Assembly (NCBI GenBank): GCA_964460075.1
Contig: CAYWPC010000005.1
Span: 2,873 to 66,872, forward strand
DNA from: an uncultured Acidimicrobiaceae bacterium
Lineage (GTDB): Bacteria; Actinomycetota; Acidimicrobiia; Spongiisociales; UBA5794
Length of the DNA: 64,000 nucleotides
Reading direction: 5' to 3'
A program made the translations under genes and the position numbers. Below the pieces are notes generated by a model that searched no databases, had not been told where the DNA came from, and saw only the letters and a list, made by a program, of their open reading frames with translations. Below are positions 12,412 through 22,874 of this stretch, piece after piece; the stretch's first letter is position 1; every line of letters starts with the position of its first letter.

Positions 12412-13617
12412 CTAGGTTGCGGTGCTCGCCCGCCGCACCTCGGGAACGCCCAAGAGCACAAGCGACGCGACACCTGCCATGACCGCACCGAACACGAATG
12501 CGGCTGCTGGACCGAACACTGCCCAGATCCCTCCGAAGATCACGCTTGCGGGCAGCGCGCCGATTCCGATAGCACCGTTGTAGTACCCGAAAGCCGATCC
12601 TCTGAGATCATCAGGAGCGAGGCTTGCGACCCAAGCCCGCTCGACAGGCTCGGTGAGACCGAAGTACAGCCCGTACACGAGGAACAGGCCGATGAGTGCA
12701 GCCGTTGAAGATGCAAGTGCCATCCCGAGATATACCAGCGCGTAGAACGTCCACCCGGCCAAGACGAGCGGCTTCCTGCCTGTCCTATCCGACAATCTCC
12801 CTCCGACCAGGTTCGCGGCCATCTTGACGAGGCTGAACATAGACCACAGAATCGCGATCCACACCACCGAGACGCCCGCATCCGACAAGCGCAGAAGAAG
12901 GAACGCGTCTGCACTGTTGCCCAGCGTGAACACGATGACGGCAGCCATCAGGATCCAGTACTTCGATCCCAACTCACGGCCGCGAGAGAACACGGATCTC
13001 GATGTCACATTCTCGCTCACCGCTTGATCGGGCTCCTGGACAAATCGCACGATGACAACGATCACGATCGCTGCAGGTATCGCAGCGAGGAAGAACACCC
13101 ATCGCAGCCCCAATCCAGCCCACAAGAGGGCAGCAGCTACGAGAGGCCCCAGGACCGCTCCGAAGTGGTCGAGGCTCCGATGGACGCCGTACGCGGCGCC
13201 ACGGCTCTCTACCGGCGTCACATCCGCTATCAGGGCGTCCCTTGGGGCGGTGCGGATACCTTTGCCGACGCGATCGGTGAATCGAATCCCCAGGACGAAG
13301 GTCCATGTCGTCGCGATCGCCATCAGAGGCCTGACCGCACCAGCGATCCCGTACCCGGCAAAGACGAACGGCTTGCGACGTTTGACGCTGTCAGTCCACC
13401 ATCCTGACACAACCTTCAAGATGGCTGCCGTCGACTCGGCGATGCCTTCGATCACGCCCAGCGCGAGTGCACCGACACCGAGAACCGACGTGAGAAACAC
13501 CGGAATCAACGGATAGATCATCTCACTCGACATGTCGGTGAACATGCTCACGAATCCGAGAGCGATGACCGTTCTCGGTACGCCCTTCGTGATCTTGGCT
13601 ATCGCGCGCTGTATCAC
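12412..13617 (-). CDS. MFS transporter
   Basis: About 12 predicted TM segments. MFS-like GxLaDrxGrkp loop (LSDRTGRKP). Confidence 0.8.
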   Translation of the reverse strand: MIQRAIAKITKGVPRTVIALGFVSMFTDMSSEMIYPLIPVFLTSVLGVGALALGVIEGIAESTAAILKVVSGWWTDSVKRRKPFVFAGYGIAGAVRPLMAIATTWTFVLGIRFTDRVGKGIRTAPRDALIADVTPVESRGAAYGVHRSLDHFGAVLGPLVAAALLWAGLGLRWVFFLAAIPAAIVIVVIVRFVQEPDQAVSENVTSRSVFSRGRELGSKYWILMAAVIVFTLGNSADAFLLLRLSDAGVSVVWIAILWSMFSLVKMAANLVGGRLSDRTGRKPLVLAGWTFYALVYLGMALASSTAALIGLFLVYGLYFGLTEPVERAWVASLAPDDLRGSAFGYYNGAIGIGALPASVIFGGIWAVFGPAAAFVFGAVMAGVASLVLLGVPEVRRASTAT

Positions 13618-13861
13618 GGTTGACCCGCGCGCAGCGTCGCCCTCGGCCCCTGGTGGGCATTGGGAGTCTCGACCCAGAAGCTACGCACGAATCCGAGAGA
13701 CGACATGCCCACATCCTACGTCGGACAACAGTATGCATCCCAATGGCGACCACTCACTCGACAGTTGGCCAAGATCCCGCTGGACCTTGACAACCTACCG
13801 ATACTTTGATATCAATATAACCAAGGTACCAAACCACGAGTGATAATAAGCGATATGTGAT

Positions 13862-14218
13862 ATGGCGAGAATGGATCATCGAAGCCAGCTCCTCAAAGGT
13901 GTTTTGGACATGTGCCTCCTCGCGATGATCAGCGAGGAACCCAGCTACGGCTACGAGATGGCGGACAAACTCTCGAAACGCGGTCTCCACCTCACGAGCG
14001 AGGGATCAATCTACCCAACACTGTCGAGGATGCAGCGCTCAGGGCTCATCGAAGGCTACTTCGTCGAAGCGGACGGCTCGGGACCACCGCGTAAGTATTA
14101 CCGCATCGAGAAGAGCGGGAAACAGAGGCTCACAGAATGGACAAAAGAGTGGTTCAGCCTCAGCAATGGCGTGGACCAGGTTGTGAAGGGAGTGGCGCGT
14201 GACCGATCTCACGGCTGA
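13862..14218 (+). CDS. PadR-family transcriptional regulator
   Basis: LKGVLDMCLLAMISEEPSYGYEMADKL...GSIYPTLSRMQRSGLIEG is a canonical PadR winged helix. AT-rich promoter region upstream. Confidence 0.85.
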   Translation: MARMDHRSQLLKGVLDMCLLAMISEEPSYGYEMADKLSKRGLHLTSEGSIYPTLSRMQRSGLIEGYFVEADGSGPPRKYYRIEKSGKQRLTEWTKEWFSLSNGVDQVVKGVARDRSHG

Positions 14219-15005
14219 CCAGGTGATCGACCGTTGTCGCAGCTTCTGGCTGAGCTCCGGTGTCGAGACTGACGGAGTGCAAGACATGACGGCCGAACTC
14301 AGATCCCACCTCGAAGATACACTCGCAGCAGGAAGGGACCTCGAGACGGTCACAGGTCCAAACATCGAGGAGTTCGCCGACGAGTGGGCCTCTGCGTCAC
14401 AGGGTCCCCGGCACCAGGCGTATGCCGCTCAAGAAGATCTAGTTCCCCCACCGGTGACCAGCACCGCATCTCCGCCAGCTACGTGGGGTCTCTGGCTCGG
14501 TACGCTGGCGATCGTTGCCGGCGTTGCAGCCGTGGCCGTGTTCGCACCCAAGGACGACACGCTCGAGCAGGGGCTATGGACCGGTGTTTGGTTTGTCGCT
14601 GCCGCAGTGCTCGCCGTCGGCGAGATGCTCACTGCCGGCTTCTTCCTATTGCCGTTCGGAGCAGGAGCCATAGCTTCAGGACTGCTCACACTCACTGGCG
14701 TTGGTGTGGCCGTAGAGCTCATCACGTTCGTTGTGGTTTCGTTGCTTTCTCTGTTTCTGCTGCAGCGTTTCGCCCGCAAGGACATCCACGGCGAGCTCCT
14801 CCCCGTCGGCGCTGCACGCTACGTCGGGACCTCAGCTCTCGTGACGGAACCGGTCAACAGGCTTCGTGGCACAGGCCAGGTCAAAATGGGGACGGAGGAT
14901 TGGCGGGCGACCACGAACTCGAACGTTGAGATCCCAGAGGGCGCTGAGGTTCTCGTCACCGAGGTCAGGGGCGCAAGGCTCGTTGTAGAACAGCGCATTC
15001 GATAA
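14199..15005 (+). CDS. Membrane protein with NfeD-type C-terminal OB-fold domain; N-terminal soluble helical domain then TM helices
   Basis: GTG start with GAAGGGAG RBS, overlapping the padR 3' end by 20 bp. C-terminus GQVKMGTEDWRATT...EIPEGAEVLVTEVRGARLVV is NfeD-like. Central hydrophobic block. Confidence 0.7.
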   Translation: MTDLTADQVIDRCRSFWLSSGVETDGVQDMTAELRSHLEDTLAAGRDLETVTGPNIEEFADEWASASQGPRHQAYAAQEDLVPPPVTSTASPPATWGLWLGTLAIVAGVAAVAVFAPKDDTLEQGLWTGVWFVAAAVLAVGEMLTAGFFLLPFGAGAIASGLLTLTGVGVAVELITFVVVSLLSLFLLQRFARKDIHGELLPVGAARYVGTSALVTEPVNRLRGTGQVKMGTEDWRATTNSNVEIPEGAEVLVTEVRGARLVVEQRIR

Positions 15006-15036
15006 GTCACAGAGCACAAGAGAGAGAAAGGGCACC

Positions 15037-15996
15037 ATGCAAGCTGCATCGATCGTACTGATCCTGATTTTCGTCTTGATCATCTACGTCGCACTCGCGG
15101 TCAAGATCGTGCAACAGCACGAACAAGGGCTGACCGAACGGTTCGGACGCTACAGGACGACACTGGACCCAGGGTTCCACATGATCGTCCCGTTCATCGA
15201 AAGGGTTCGCAAAATCGACATGCGAGAACAAGTCGTTGACGTACCTCCCCAGGAGGTCATCACCAAGGACAACGTGGTCGTCACCGTCGACGCGGTGGTC
15301 TACTACCAGGCGACCGATCCGGTGAAGCTGACCTACAACGTCGCGCACTTCATCCTTGCGGCAACGAAGCTCGCCCAGACGAACCTCAGGAACGTTGTTG
15401 GCGACATGGATCTCGATGCAGCATTCACGTCAAGGGAAACCATCAACACGGAGCTCCGCACGATTCTCGATGAGGCGACGGATGTCTGGGGAACCCGTGT
15501 GGTGCGAGTCGAGATCCAACGGATCGACCCACCGATCGACGTCACCGACGCAATGCACCGCCAGATGAAGGCTGAGCGTGACAGGCGAGCTGCTGTCACC
15601 GAGGCCGAGGGCGAGAAGCGAGCAGCCATCCTCACCGCAGAGGGCGTGAAAGAGTCACGAATCCTCGACGCTCAGGGACAGGCTGAGGCCATCAAGGAAG
15701 TCGCCGACGCAGAACGGTATCAGAAGGAGACCGTTGCCGAAGGCGAGGGCCGTGCGATCGAGCGGGTGTTCTCCGCAATCCACACAGGCGACCCGACACC
15801 CGACCTCATCGCCATCAGGTATCTCGAAGCTCTTCAGGGCATTGCAGATGGCAAGGCAACGAAGATCTACCTTCCCCTGGAAACGACATCGATTCTCGCG
15901 AGCATCGGTGCAATGGGAGAGCTCTTCGCAGACTCCCAGAAGGACCACCACGAGATGGGGCACTCACACGGCGACCACCACGAAGCAACGCCGTAG
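15037..15996 (+). CDS. SPFH/band-7 (stomatin/HflK/C-like) protein with His-rich C-terminal tail
   Basis: N-terminal TM then an SPFH core (VDVPPQEVITKDNVVVTVDAVVYYQ...). The NfeD-stomatin gene pairing is well established. Confidence 0.9.
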   Translation: MQAASIVLILIFVLIIYVALAVKIVQQHEQGLTERFGRYRTTLDPGFHMIVPFIERVRKIDMREQVVDVPPQEVITKDNVVVTVDAVVYYQATDPVKLTYNVAHFILAATKLAQTNLRNVVGDMDLDAAFTSRETINTELRTILDEATDVWGTRVVRVEIQRIDPPIDVTDAMHRQMKAERDRRAAVTEAEGEKRAAILTAEGVKESRILDAQGQAEAIKEVADAERYQKETVAEGEGRAIERVFSAIHTGDPTPDLIAIRYLEALQGIADGKATKIYLPLETTSILASIGAMGELFADSQKDHHEMGHSHGDHHEATP

Positions 15997-16008
15997 ATCG
16001 GGTTCAAT

Positions 16009-16066
16009 GACAGCGACCCGAAGGGGAGACAGAGCGCTCGAAACGCTGTGTCTCCCCTTCGCTGTC
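16009..16066. terminator. Extended GC-rich hairpin between convergent genes; bidirectional terminator
   Basis: gacagcg...ggggagaca...tgtctcccc...cgctgtc nested inverted repeats. Confidence 0.5.
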
Positions 16067-16178
16067 AGATGCTTGAGACCATCCACACGGCTGCGACCCC
16101 ATCTCAACCTCGGCGATCGCACTCACTGAGACCCGCCAAGGTCGTTGCGAAGCCGAACACTTCCGATGCGGAAAGCGT

Positions 16179-17135
16179 CTAGGAGACCGTTCCCGTGTCG
16201 CCAGAGTCATCAGTGCTGTCGCTCGAGACGGCATCCCCGGCATCAACGCTCTGGCTGTCCGTTCCGCCAGCTTCCGAACTGACCGCAGCAACCGTCGCTG
16301 GCTGCGGTGAGAAGATGCTCGGATCGTCGATGAGCGTTCGCTGCTCATCCCGTTTCTGCATCCACCGGATCCAGATCACACCACCAATGAACGCTGCGAT
16401 CGAAATCCAGCCATTGCGACTCAATCCGAATAGGCGGAACGTCGTATCCGTCCGAAGCAACTCCATCCAGAACCGAATGAAGGCGTACATGACGATATAC
16501 ACGCCGAACGAAGCGCCCTTTGCAAGCTTTCCTCGTTTTTCGAACCAAAGGATTACGGGAACCAGGATCAGTGCGTTCCAGAACGACTCGTAGAAGAACG
16601 TCGGATGAAACGTCTCGAACCCTGCGAACTGTGCTGGCCTGTTGGATTGGTCGATGATGATCGCCCACGGCAGATTGGATGGTGTGCCAAACAACTCTTG
16701 GTTGAAGTAGTTACCCCATCGCCCAAATGCTTGGGCGATTGGCACACCGATCGCCACGGCATCGCCGAACGCGAACAGATCTCCGTTGCGCTTGTTGACG
16801 AGGTAGATGACAGCTAGAGCCCCAAAGAACAGTCCTCCGTATATGGCAAGGCCACCCTCCCAGATGAACAACACTGCATACGGTCTGGCGGTGAAACGGC
16901 CGGAGTGGGTGAAGACGTATCCCGCTCGTGCTCCGAGGAACCCAATCACCACAGCCCATATCGCGACCGTCTCAAAGAACTCGCCGTCCCCACCGAATCG
17001 CACGTAGCGCTTGCGAGCAACGATGATCGCGACGATGACGCCGATCGCGATGAGGATGCCGTAGAAGAAGATCGTCAACGGCCCAATCTCAATGACGTTA
17101 CGTGTCGGCGAAGGGATGGCTGCTATCAGGTTCAT
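16179..17135 (-). CDS. lgt: Prolipoprotein diacylglyceryl transferase Lgt with Ser/Asp/Thr-rich C-terminal extension
   Basis: Translation resembles the Lgt membrane core; the Lgt signature motif was not confirmed. Low-complexity acidic tail. Confidence 0.88.
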   Translation of the reverse strand: MNLIAAIPSPTRNVIEIGPLTIFFYGILIAIGVIVAIIVARKRYVRFGGDGEFFETVAIWAVVIGFLGARAGYVFTHSGRFTARPYAVLFIWEGGLAIYGGLFFGALAVIYLVNKRNGDLFAFGDAVAIGVPIAQAFGRWGNYFNQELFGTPSNLPWAIIIDQSNRPAQFAGFETFHPTFFYESFWNALILVPVILWFEKRGKLAKGASFGVYIVMYAFIRFWMELLRTDTTFRLFGLSRNGWISIAAFIGGVIWIRWMQKRDEQRTLIDDPSIFSPQPATVAAVSSEAGGTDSQSVDAGDAVSSDSTDDSGDTGTVS

Positions 17136-17381
17136 TCGTACCGTTCCTTGAGCTCCTTGAAGGCCACCCGGTCATGGGAGGCGCAGACCGCCCTTGTTCC
17201 GCCTTCGCACTTCGAGCACGATGACGACCCGCTCGGTCCTCCTTGTCGGCATCATGCTACGGCGATCAGCGATATGTGGTGCGCCCGACCCGGACCTCGT
17301 GACCCAAGTTGCAGCGGCCCCTCTAGCCTGGCATTGTGCAAACAGCCCACCGACGTCGTGGCGACTAACCCTATTGATGAG

Positions 17382-18539
17382 GTGATCGTGGAGACCAAAC
17401 AGCGCGCAGAGGACAACTTCGCCGACAAGGAAGCCGAGCTCCAGGCGCTATCGCAGTGGATGTATGACAACCCGGAACTTGCCTACGTCGAACACAACAC
17501 GTCCCGACGCATGGTCGAGACACTCCAAAGCAGCGGATTCGATGTTGAGTACCCGGCGTACGGGCTCGAGACAGCATTTGCCGCTCGCATCGGCTCCTCC
17601 GGCCCGGAGGTCATAATCTGCGCAGAGATGGACGCCCTACCCGAGGTAGGGCACGCATGCGGCCACAACATCATCGCCACGGCCGGCATCGGCGCCGGCA
17701 TCGCGCTCTCGAACCTCGCAGATCAGCTCGGGATCAGGGTCACGGTGCTCGGTACACCCGCTGAGGAGCATTTCGGCGGCAAAGTAGACCTGATCGCGGC
17801 AGGCGCATTCGAAGGTGCCGCCGCGGCGATGATGATCCATCCGTCTCCGCTCGACGTCGTCGATCCACAGTTCATTGCGGTCACCCATGTCGATGTGGAG
17901 TTCTTCGGCAAGGAGACGCATGCCTCATTCGCACCTGAGCTTGGCATCAACGCTCTCGATGCAGCCGTTCAGGCCTACGTCAACGTCTCGACCCTGCGTC
18001 AGCACTTCCTCGATTCGGATCGTGTCCACGGCGTCATCACCCACGGAGGAACGGCGCCGAACGTCATCCCTGGACATACCCGCATGTCGTGGTATGTCAG
18101 GGCCGCAACAGACGAGCGGCTCGACGAGCTCTACCCGAAAATCAAGAGCTGCTTCGAAGCGGCGGCGCTTGCAACAGGGTGCCAACTCGAGATCGTCGAG
18201 CCAGGCCACCGATACAAGGACATTCGCAACGACGGACTCATGGTCGACCTCTTCGCCGCGAACTCGAAGGCACTGGGTCGCACCATGCCTCGCTACAACG
18301 AGCTTCCACCTCGTGGCTCCGGCTCGACGGACATGGGAAACGTCTCGTACGAAGTCCCAACGATTCACCCGATGATCAGCATCAACTCGTTCCCTGCTGT
18401 GAACCACCAACGCGAGTTCGCCGCCCACACGGTGACACAGGACGGGAAGGTTGCGATCCGTGACGGCGCTCTCGCGATGGCATGGACCATCATCGACCTC
18501 GCTGAAGGCGACCGCTGGGATGAGCTGGGTACGACCTAG
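17382..18539 (+). CDS. M20D-family amidohydrolase (N-acyl-amino-acid amidohydrolase / hippurate hydrolase-like)
   Basis: Cys-Gly-His metal-binding motif (GHACGHN), dimerisation domain. Start placed at the GTG at 17382/17388; an ATG at 17274 is an alternative. Confidence 0.78.
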   Translation: MIVETKQRAEDNFADKEAELQALSQWMYDNPELAYVEHNTSRRMVETLQSSGFDVEYPAYGLETAFAARIGSSGPEVIICAEMDALPEVGHACGHNIIATAGIGAGIALSNLADQLGIRVTVLGTPAEEHFGGKVDLIAAGAFEGAAAAMMIHPSPLDVVDPQFIAVTHVDVEFFGKETHASFAPELGINALDAAVQAYVNVSTLRQHFLDSDRVHGVITHGGTAPNVIPGHTRMSWYVRAATDERLDELYPKIKSCFEAAALATGCQLEIVEPGHRYKDIRNDGLMVDLFAANSKALGRTMPRYNELPPRGSGSTDMGNVSYEVPTIHPMISINSFPAVNHQREFAAHTVTQDGKVAIRDGALAMAWTIIDLAEGDRWDELGTT

Positions 18540-18551
18540 GGTGCGGTTCGC

Positions 18552-19337
18552 TCAGAGAATCTGACTGAGGAACAGTTTCGTGCGATCGTGCTGGGGGTTG
18601 GTAAAGAAGTGCTCAGGGGTTCCCTCTTCGACGATGGTCCCGTAGTCGAAGAACAGCACTCTGTCCGCAACCTCACGTGCGAATCCCATCTCGTGCGTGA
18701 CAACGATCATCGTCATGCCTGAAAGGGCAAGCTCCTTCATCACGTCGAGGACCTCCTTGATCATCTCCGGGTCAAGGGCCGAAGTTGGCTCGTCGAAGAG
18801 CATGATCTTCGGCTTCATCGCCAGAGACCGCGCAATCGCCACACGCTGCTGCTGACCACCAGAAAGCTGTCCAGGATACTTATCTGCCTGCTCGGGAATG
18901 CCGACACGCTCAAGGAGCGCCATGCCGCTCTCCTCGGCCTCGGCCTTCGGCAGCTTTCGAACCCACTGGGGAGCCAGTGTGATGTTGTCCAGCACCGTCA
19001 GATGAGGAAAGAGATTGAACTGCTGGAAGACCATGCCAACCTCTGACCGAATCTTCTCGACGTTCTTGATGTCGTTTGTTAGTTCGGTGCCATCAACGAT
19101 GATCGTGCCCTCTTGATGTGCTTCGAGGCGATTGATACAGCGAATGAAGGTGGACTTACCTGAGCCGGACGGCCCGATAATGACAACCACTTCTCGTTCC
19201 TTGACGGTGGTGGTGATGTTCTTCAGAGCCTGGAAGTCACCAAACCACTTCTTGACACCGTCGCTGATGATGATGTCGTCCCCAAGGACCCGCTCCTGGT
19301 GACCCGATCCGTTGTTCTCCATGTTGCCTCCTAGCAA
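18552..19337 (-). CDS. Polar amino-acid ABC transporter ATP-binding protein (AapP/GlnQ-like)
   Basis: Walker [13 protein letters not shown] signature [16 protein letters not shown], Walker [12 protein letters not shown]. Confidence 0.9.
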   Translation of the reverse strand: MLGGNMENNGSGHQERVLGDDIIISDGVKKWFGDFQALKNITTTVKEREVVVIIGPSGSGKSTFIRCINRLEAHQEGTIIVDGTELTNDIKNVEKIRSEVGMVFQQFNLFPHLTVLDNITLAPQWVRKLPKAEAEESGMALLERVGIPEQADKYPGQLSGGQQQRVAIARSLAMKPKIMLFDEPTSALDPEMIKEVLDVMKELALSGMTMIVVTHEMGFAREVADRVLFFDYGTIVEEGTPEHFFTNPQHDRTKLFLSQIL

Positions 19338-19345
19338 ATCTCAGA

Positions 19346-21181
19346 TCACCGCTCACCGACGCCGAGCTTCTTCTCCACACGTTGGGAGATGCGACTGAAG
19401 GTGAACGTAAACATCCAGTACACCACTGCGGCAAAGAGAAGTGGCTCACGTAACACGCCGAGGAAGTTGAAGGGCTGTGTTTGGGATGGGATGACGAGCC
19501 GAGCGATGTGGAGGAAATCGAACAGTCCCACGATGGTGACAAGCGAGGTGTCCTTGAACAGCGCTATCACCTGGCCGACGAGGGCAGGAATGACGGCTCT
19601 CAATGCCTGAGGAAGAACGATGAACACCGTGGTCTGCGTCGTCGTGAGCCCCATCGCCTGAGAAGCCTCGTACTGGCCCCTTGGGATCGACTGAAGGCCA
19701 CCGCGGACATTCTCTGCGAGGTACGCGGCAGAGAAGAACGTCATTGCCCCCATTGCCCGTGCAACGCTGCCTACCTCCACTCCTCTCGGCAACGCAACCG
19801 GCAGCATGATGAACGCCACAATGAGCCAGGTAATGAGCGGCACGCCGCGAATCAGTTCGATGTACGTCGTCGACATCAGTCGGAAGATCGGCAACTTCGA
19901 CGAGCGCGCTAGCGCAAGAATGATGCCGATTGGCAGTGAGAGGACGATCGAAACAACCGCAAGCACAATGGTTAGGAGGAGCCCTCCAAGGAACGACGTT
20001 CCAGCAACCTCGACGGTCGATGGAGCCGTGATCATTGCAAGGAAGAACGTCAGCACGACCACCGTGCCGGCCCAGAACGCCAAGAAGGACTTTCGCCCAG
20101 CACCCTCCCCGCCGAACGTTGGTGCTGCCAACGCGAACAGGGCGAGTGAGAACAGCGAGAACCGAACAAGGAACTCCATCGGGAACGCGAAGGAAACGAA
20201 CGACACGATGAGGAGCACCGAGCCAATCACCCTGCCCAACTCCCCCTTCGTGCTCGCAACAAAGTTGAGCACCAACCCACCAAGTACGACGAAGCCGAGG
20301 GCCACCGGCACGTACCAGATGAACACCCGTCCGTAGTCCATGTCGGGATCTCGCAGAATCACGAGCACGATGACAGGGAAGGACGCAACCCAAAGTCCAA
20401 GGAGAACGCTGCGAGCCAAACCAGCGGCGACACGATCGCGCAGATACCACACGACGAAATAGACAGCAACCGACAGCGCAACGATCAATGTCCACGGCAG
20501 TCGAGTCGTCATCGCGATCGGTTCTAGCGCAATGATCTGTACACCGGCAGCATCACGTGCCGGGACGGGCAGAGAGATCGTCCACACCAAAATGAGCACG
20601 ACCGAGACAACGGCAAGAACCACGCCCAACACCGGGATGGACCTCACCCTCGCCTTCTCCCCTGGCACTGTGCGCAGGAGATAACCGGAGAGGAACACGG
20701 CGGCTCCAACGATGACCCACCCAAGGAACCCACGCATCGACACGACACCGAAGGGCGCAGACTCGAGGCCCCACGGTCCAACGATGCCACCGACAATGGC
20801 TGTACTGCCAAACACTGCTAGGCCCGTGCCGACTTTCCGTGGACTTGTGCGACCTCCAACCCTGTACAGCGCAAGCGTCACGGCAAGCAGAAGGGCGACT
20901 ATGACGACCGACAGCCAGATTCGCGCCATCTGACCGTCCGGGTACGCCTGAACCATGAGCAGCCGCACATTGAACGTGACAGCATCCCATCGGCGTTCCG
21001 GAGCAAAAACGAAGCCGAGTAGGCCTCGGTACACGGCGAGCGCGAGCAGGATCGCAAGGACAGAGAGCGCTCCGCTGGCCCGCGTCGAGAACAGATTGTC
21101 CCTCAGCCACACCCGAGGACCGCTCGGAGGCAGCTCAGGAGCCAATTCAACGATGTCAGGGAGTTCGGTTTCGTAGGTCAT
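19346..21181 (-). CDS. Amino-acid ABC transporter permease (AapM-like) with long N-terminal multi-TM extension
   Basis: C-terminal 250 aa match the HisM/GlnP-type permease core with its EAA loop. 611 aa in total. Confidence 0.8.
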   Translation of the reverse strand: MTYETELPDIVELAPELPPSGPRVWLRDNLFSTRASGALSVLAILLALAVYRGLLGFVFAPERRWDAVTFNVRLLMVQAYPDGQMARIWLSVVIVALLLAVTLALYRVGGRTSPRKVGTGLAVFGSTAIVGGIVGPWGLESAPFGVVSMRGFLGWVIVGAAVFLSGYLLRTVPGEKARVRSIPVLGVVLAVVSVVLILVWTISLPVPARDAAGVQIIALEPIAMTTRLPWTLIVALSVAVYFVVWYLRDRVAAGLARSVLLGLWVASFPVIVLVILRDPDMDYGRVFIWYVPVALGFVVLGGLVLNFVASTKGELGRVIGSVLLIVSFVSFAFPMEFLVRFSLFSLALFALAAPTFGGEGAGRKSFLAFWAGTVVVLTFFLAMITAPSTVEVAGTSFLGGLLLTIVLAVVSIVLSLPIGIILALARSSKLPIFRLMSTTYIELIRGVPLITWLIVAFIMLPVALPRGVEVGSVARAMGAMTFFSAAYLAENVRGGLQSIPRGQYEASQAMGLTTTQTTVFIVLPQALRAVIPALVGQVIALFKDTSLVTIVGLFDFLHIARLVIPSQTQPFNFLGVLREPLLFAAVVYWMFTFTFSRISQRVEKKLGVGER

Positions 21182-21182
21182 T

Positions 21183-22727
21183 TCATCGCTCCACCAGCAT
21201 CATCTTGCGGTTGTAGTAGTTGACAACTGCAGAGATCGACAAACTCCCTGTCAAGAAGAATGCCATCCAGACAAGCACAATTGGGAGTGTCTGCCCATTC
21301 TTGTTCATGAGGATCGAACCAACAGCGACGATCTCTATGAAGGCAACCGCCACGCCGAGCGACGTGTTCTTGAAGAGGTTGAGGTACTGGTTTCCAATCG
21401 GGGGGAGAATGATGCGGAAAGCCTGGGGAAGAATGATCAACCTGAGGTACTGCGACCGAGTGAGCCCGACAGCCTGTGCTGCCTCCGTCTGCCCTTTCGG
21501 AACTGCAAGAATGCCGCCTCGCACGATCTCTGCGATGAACGCCGCTGTGTACAACGTGACGGCGAACCAGACGGCGAAGAACGGGATCGTCATCACGGCC
21601 CCTGTCTCACCGTACTGGGCAAAGTTTCCTCTCTGCACGACTGCTGCCTTTGCGAAGCTCAGCGGTTGCCCACCGTTTGACGCAAAGCTATGGCCAAGCC
21701 AGTCGAAGACATCGGCGATGCCTGTTCTCGTGAGTTCAGCGATTGTGACCGTGTCACCAGCAACCGTCAGAATCGTGAGGCCCCCAACCGCGAATGCAAC
21801 CACCGCAAGGATGAGCCCAGACAAGGCAGCAAAAATTACTCGGAACCAGTCGTCGTCTGTGATCTTGCCAAACCCGGCGGGTGTTCGCCTCGATTCGAAG
21901 AAGTTCCTGATCCACATGCCGGCTGCGGCCACCGACGCTGCGGCGATCAACACGGGGATGACGATCGACGGGACCGCGTCGACAAATGCAGCACTCCCTT
22001 CCAGCACCGGCTTGAAGAAGCCAATGATCGGCCACACGAACCAGCCAACGACAGCAATGGCCAGGAACGATCCGAAGGCCCAATACCCCGGATGGGCCGG
22101 CTGACCAGTCTCCTCTTGGATACGACGACGCCACCGAGCCAGGAACCTGCCGGCGAAAATACCGGCGACAATGAACACGAGCCATGGCCAGAACCCATCG
22201 CTGAGGGTCATCCAGGCAAACGCGAAGCCCTTGTTCGAACCTTTGAACCAATACGTCCTGATGTCGGACGCTACGAGACCGGGGAGTGCAATAGCCATCG
22301 CCTGCCAGAAGAAAATCTGAACGAGCAGCGGGATGTTGCGGATCGTCTCGATGTAGATGCTCGCCATCTTGGTGACGATCCAATTGCTGGACAGACGACC
22401 GATGCCGACCAGGGTTCCGATGATCGTCGCTGCGAGGATGCCGGTGACGGTGATGCGAAGCGTGTTGACGGAGCCCACGACCAGGGCACGTGCCCCGCTG
22501 TCTGGATTGAGGTCGATACCTTCACGCAGCAGGATGCTGGCGGGATCGGTCAGCCACCCCCAGTCGAACGTAGTCCCTGACGCTCCGAAGTTCGCGAACG
22601 CTTGCTTGCCTAGCACAGCCAAGAACCCGATCACAACAGCTAACGAGAAGAGTTGGGATGCCCACTTGAGGAACGCGGCATTCCGCCAAAGCGGCGTCTT
22701 CACCTGTTCGCGCACCTGTACTGTCAC
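21183..22727 (-). CDS. Amino-acid ABC transporter permease (AapQ-like)
   Basis: Permease core with an EAA-like loop at the C-terminus. 1-bp spacing to the downstream permease gene. Confidence 0.8.
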   Translation of the reverse strand: MTVQVREQVKTPLWRNAAFLKWASQLFSLAVVIGFLAVLGKQAFANFGASGTTFDWGWLTDPASILLREGIDLNPDSGARALVVGSVNTLRITVTGILAATIIGTLVGIGRLSSNWIVTKMASIYIETIRNIPLLVQIFFWQAMAIALPGLVASDIRTYWFKGSNKGFAFAWMTLSDGFWPWLVFIVAGIFAGRFLARWRRRIQEETGQPAHPGYWAFGSFLAIAVVGWFVWPIIGFFKPVLEGSAAFVDAVPSIVIPVLIAAASVAAAGMWIRNFFESRRTPAGFGKITDDDWFRVIFAALSGLILAVVAFAVGGLTILTVAGDTVTIAELTRTGIADVFDWLGHSFASNGGQPLSFAKAAVVQRGNFAQYGETGAVMTIPFFAVWFAVTLYTAAFIAEIVRGGILAVPKGQTEAAQAVGLTRSQYLRLIILPQAFRIILPPIGNQYLNLFKNTSLGVAVAFIEIVAVGSILMNKNGQTLPIVLVWMAFFLTGSLSISAVVNYYNRKMMLVER

Positions 22728-22874
22728 GCCTGAGCCTTCCCGTCAGCCCTCCCTCGATGATCGGGCTGATCATGCATGGCGGCACACTAGACACTTCCAC
22801 ACCCACTTTGCGAGCGAATGGGAAGACTTTCCGAAGACGACAGCAAAACATGCGTCCGAGGCGAGCGCACACAA

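Noticed and set aside
16905-17381. N-terminal 160 codons of the track's 544-aa M20 amidohydrolase ORF
   Set aside because: This part overlaps the lgt coding region on the other strand and its translation is Arg/Asp-rich. The conserved M20 sequence starts near 17382.
19446-22580. Several 150-350-aa ORFs on both strands inside the two permease genes (e.g. 19446..20495, 21690..22580, 21220..22104)
   Set aside because: These are alternative or antisense frames of long TM-protein genes. They have Arg/Cys/His-rich composition and no motifs.
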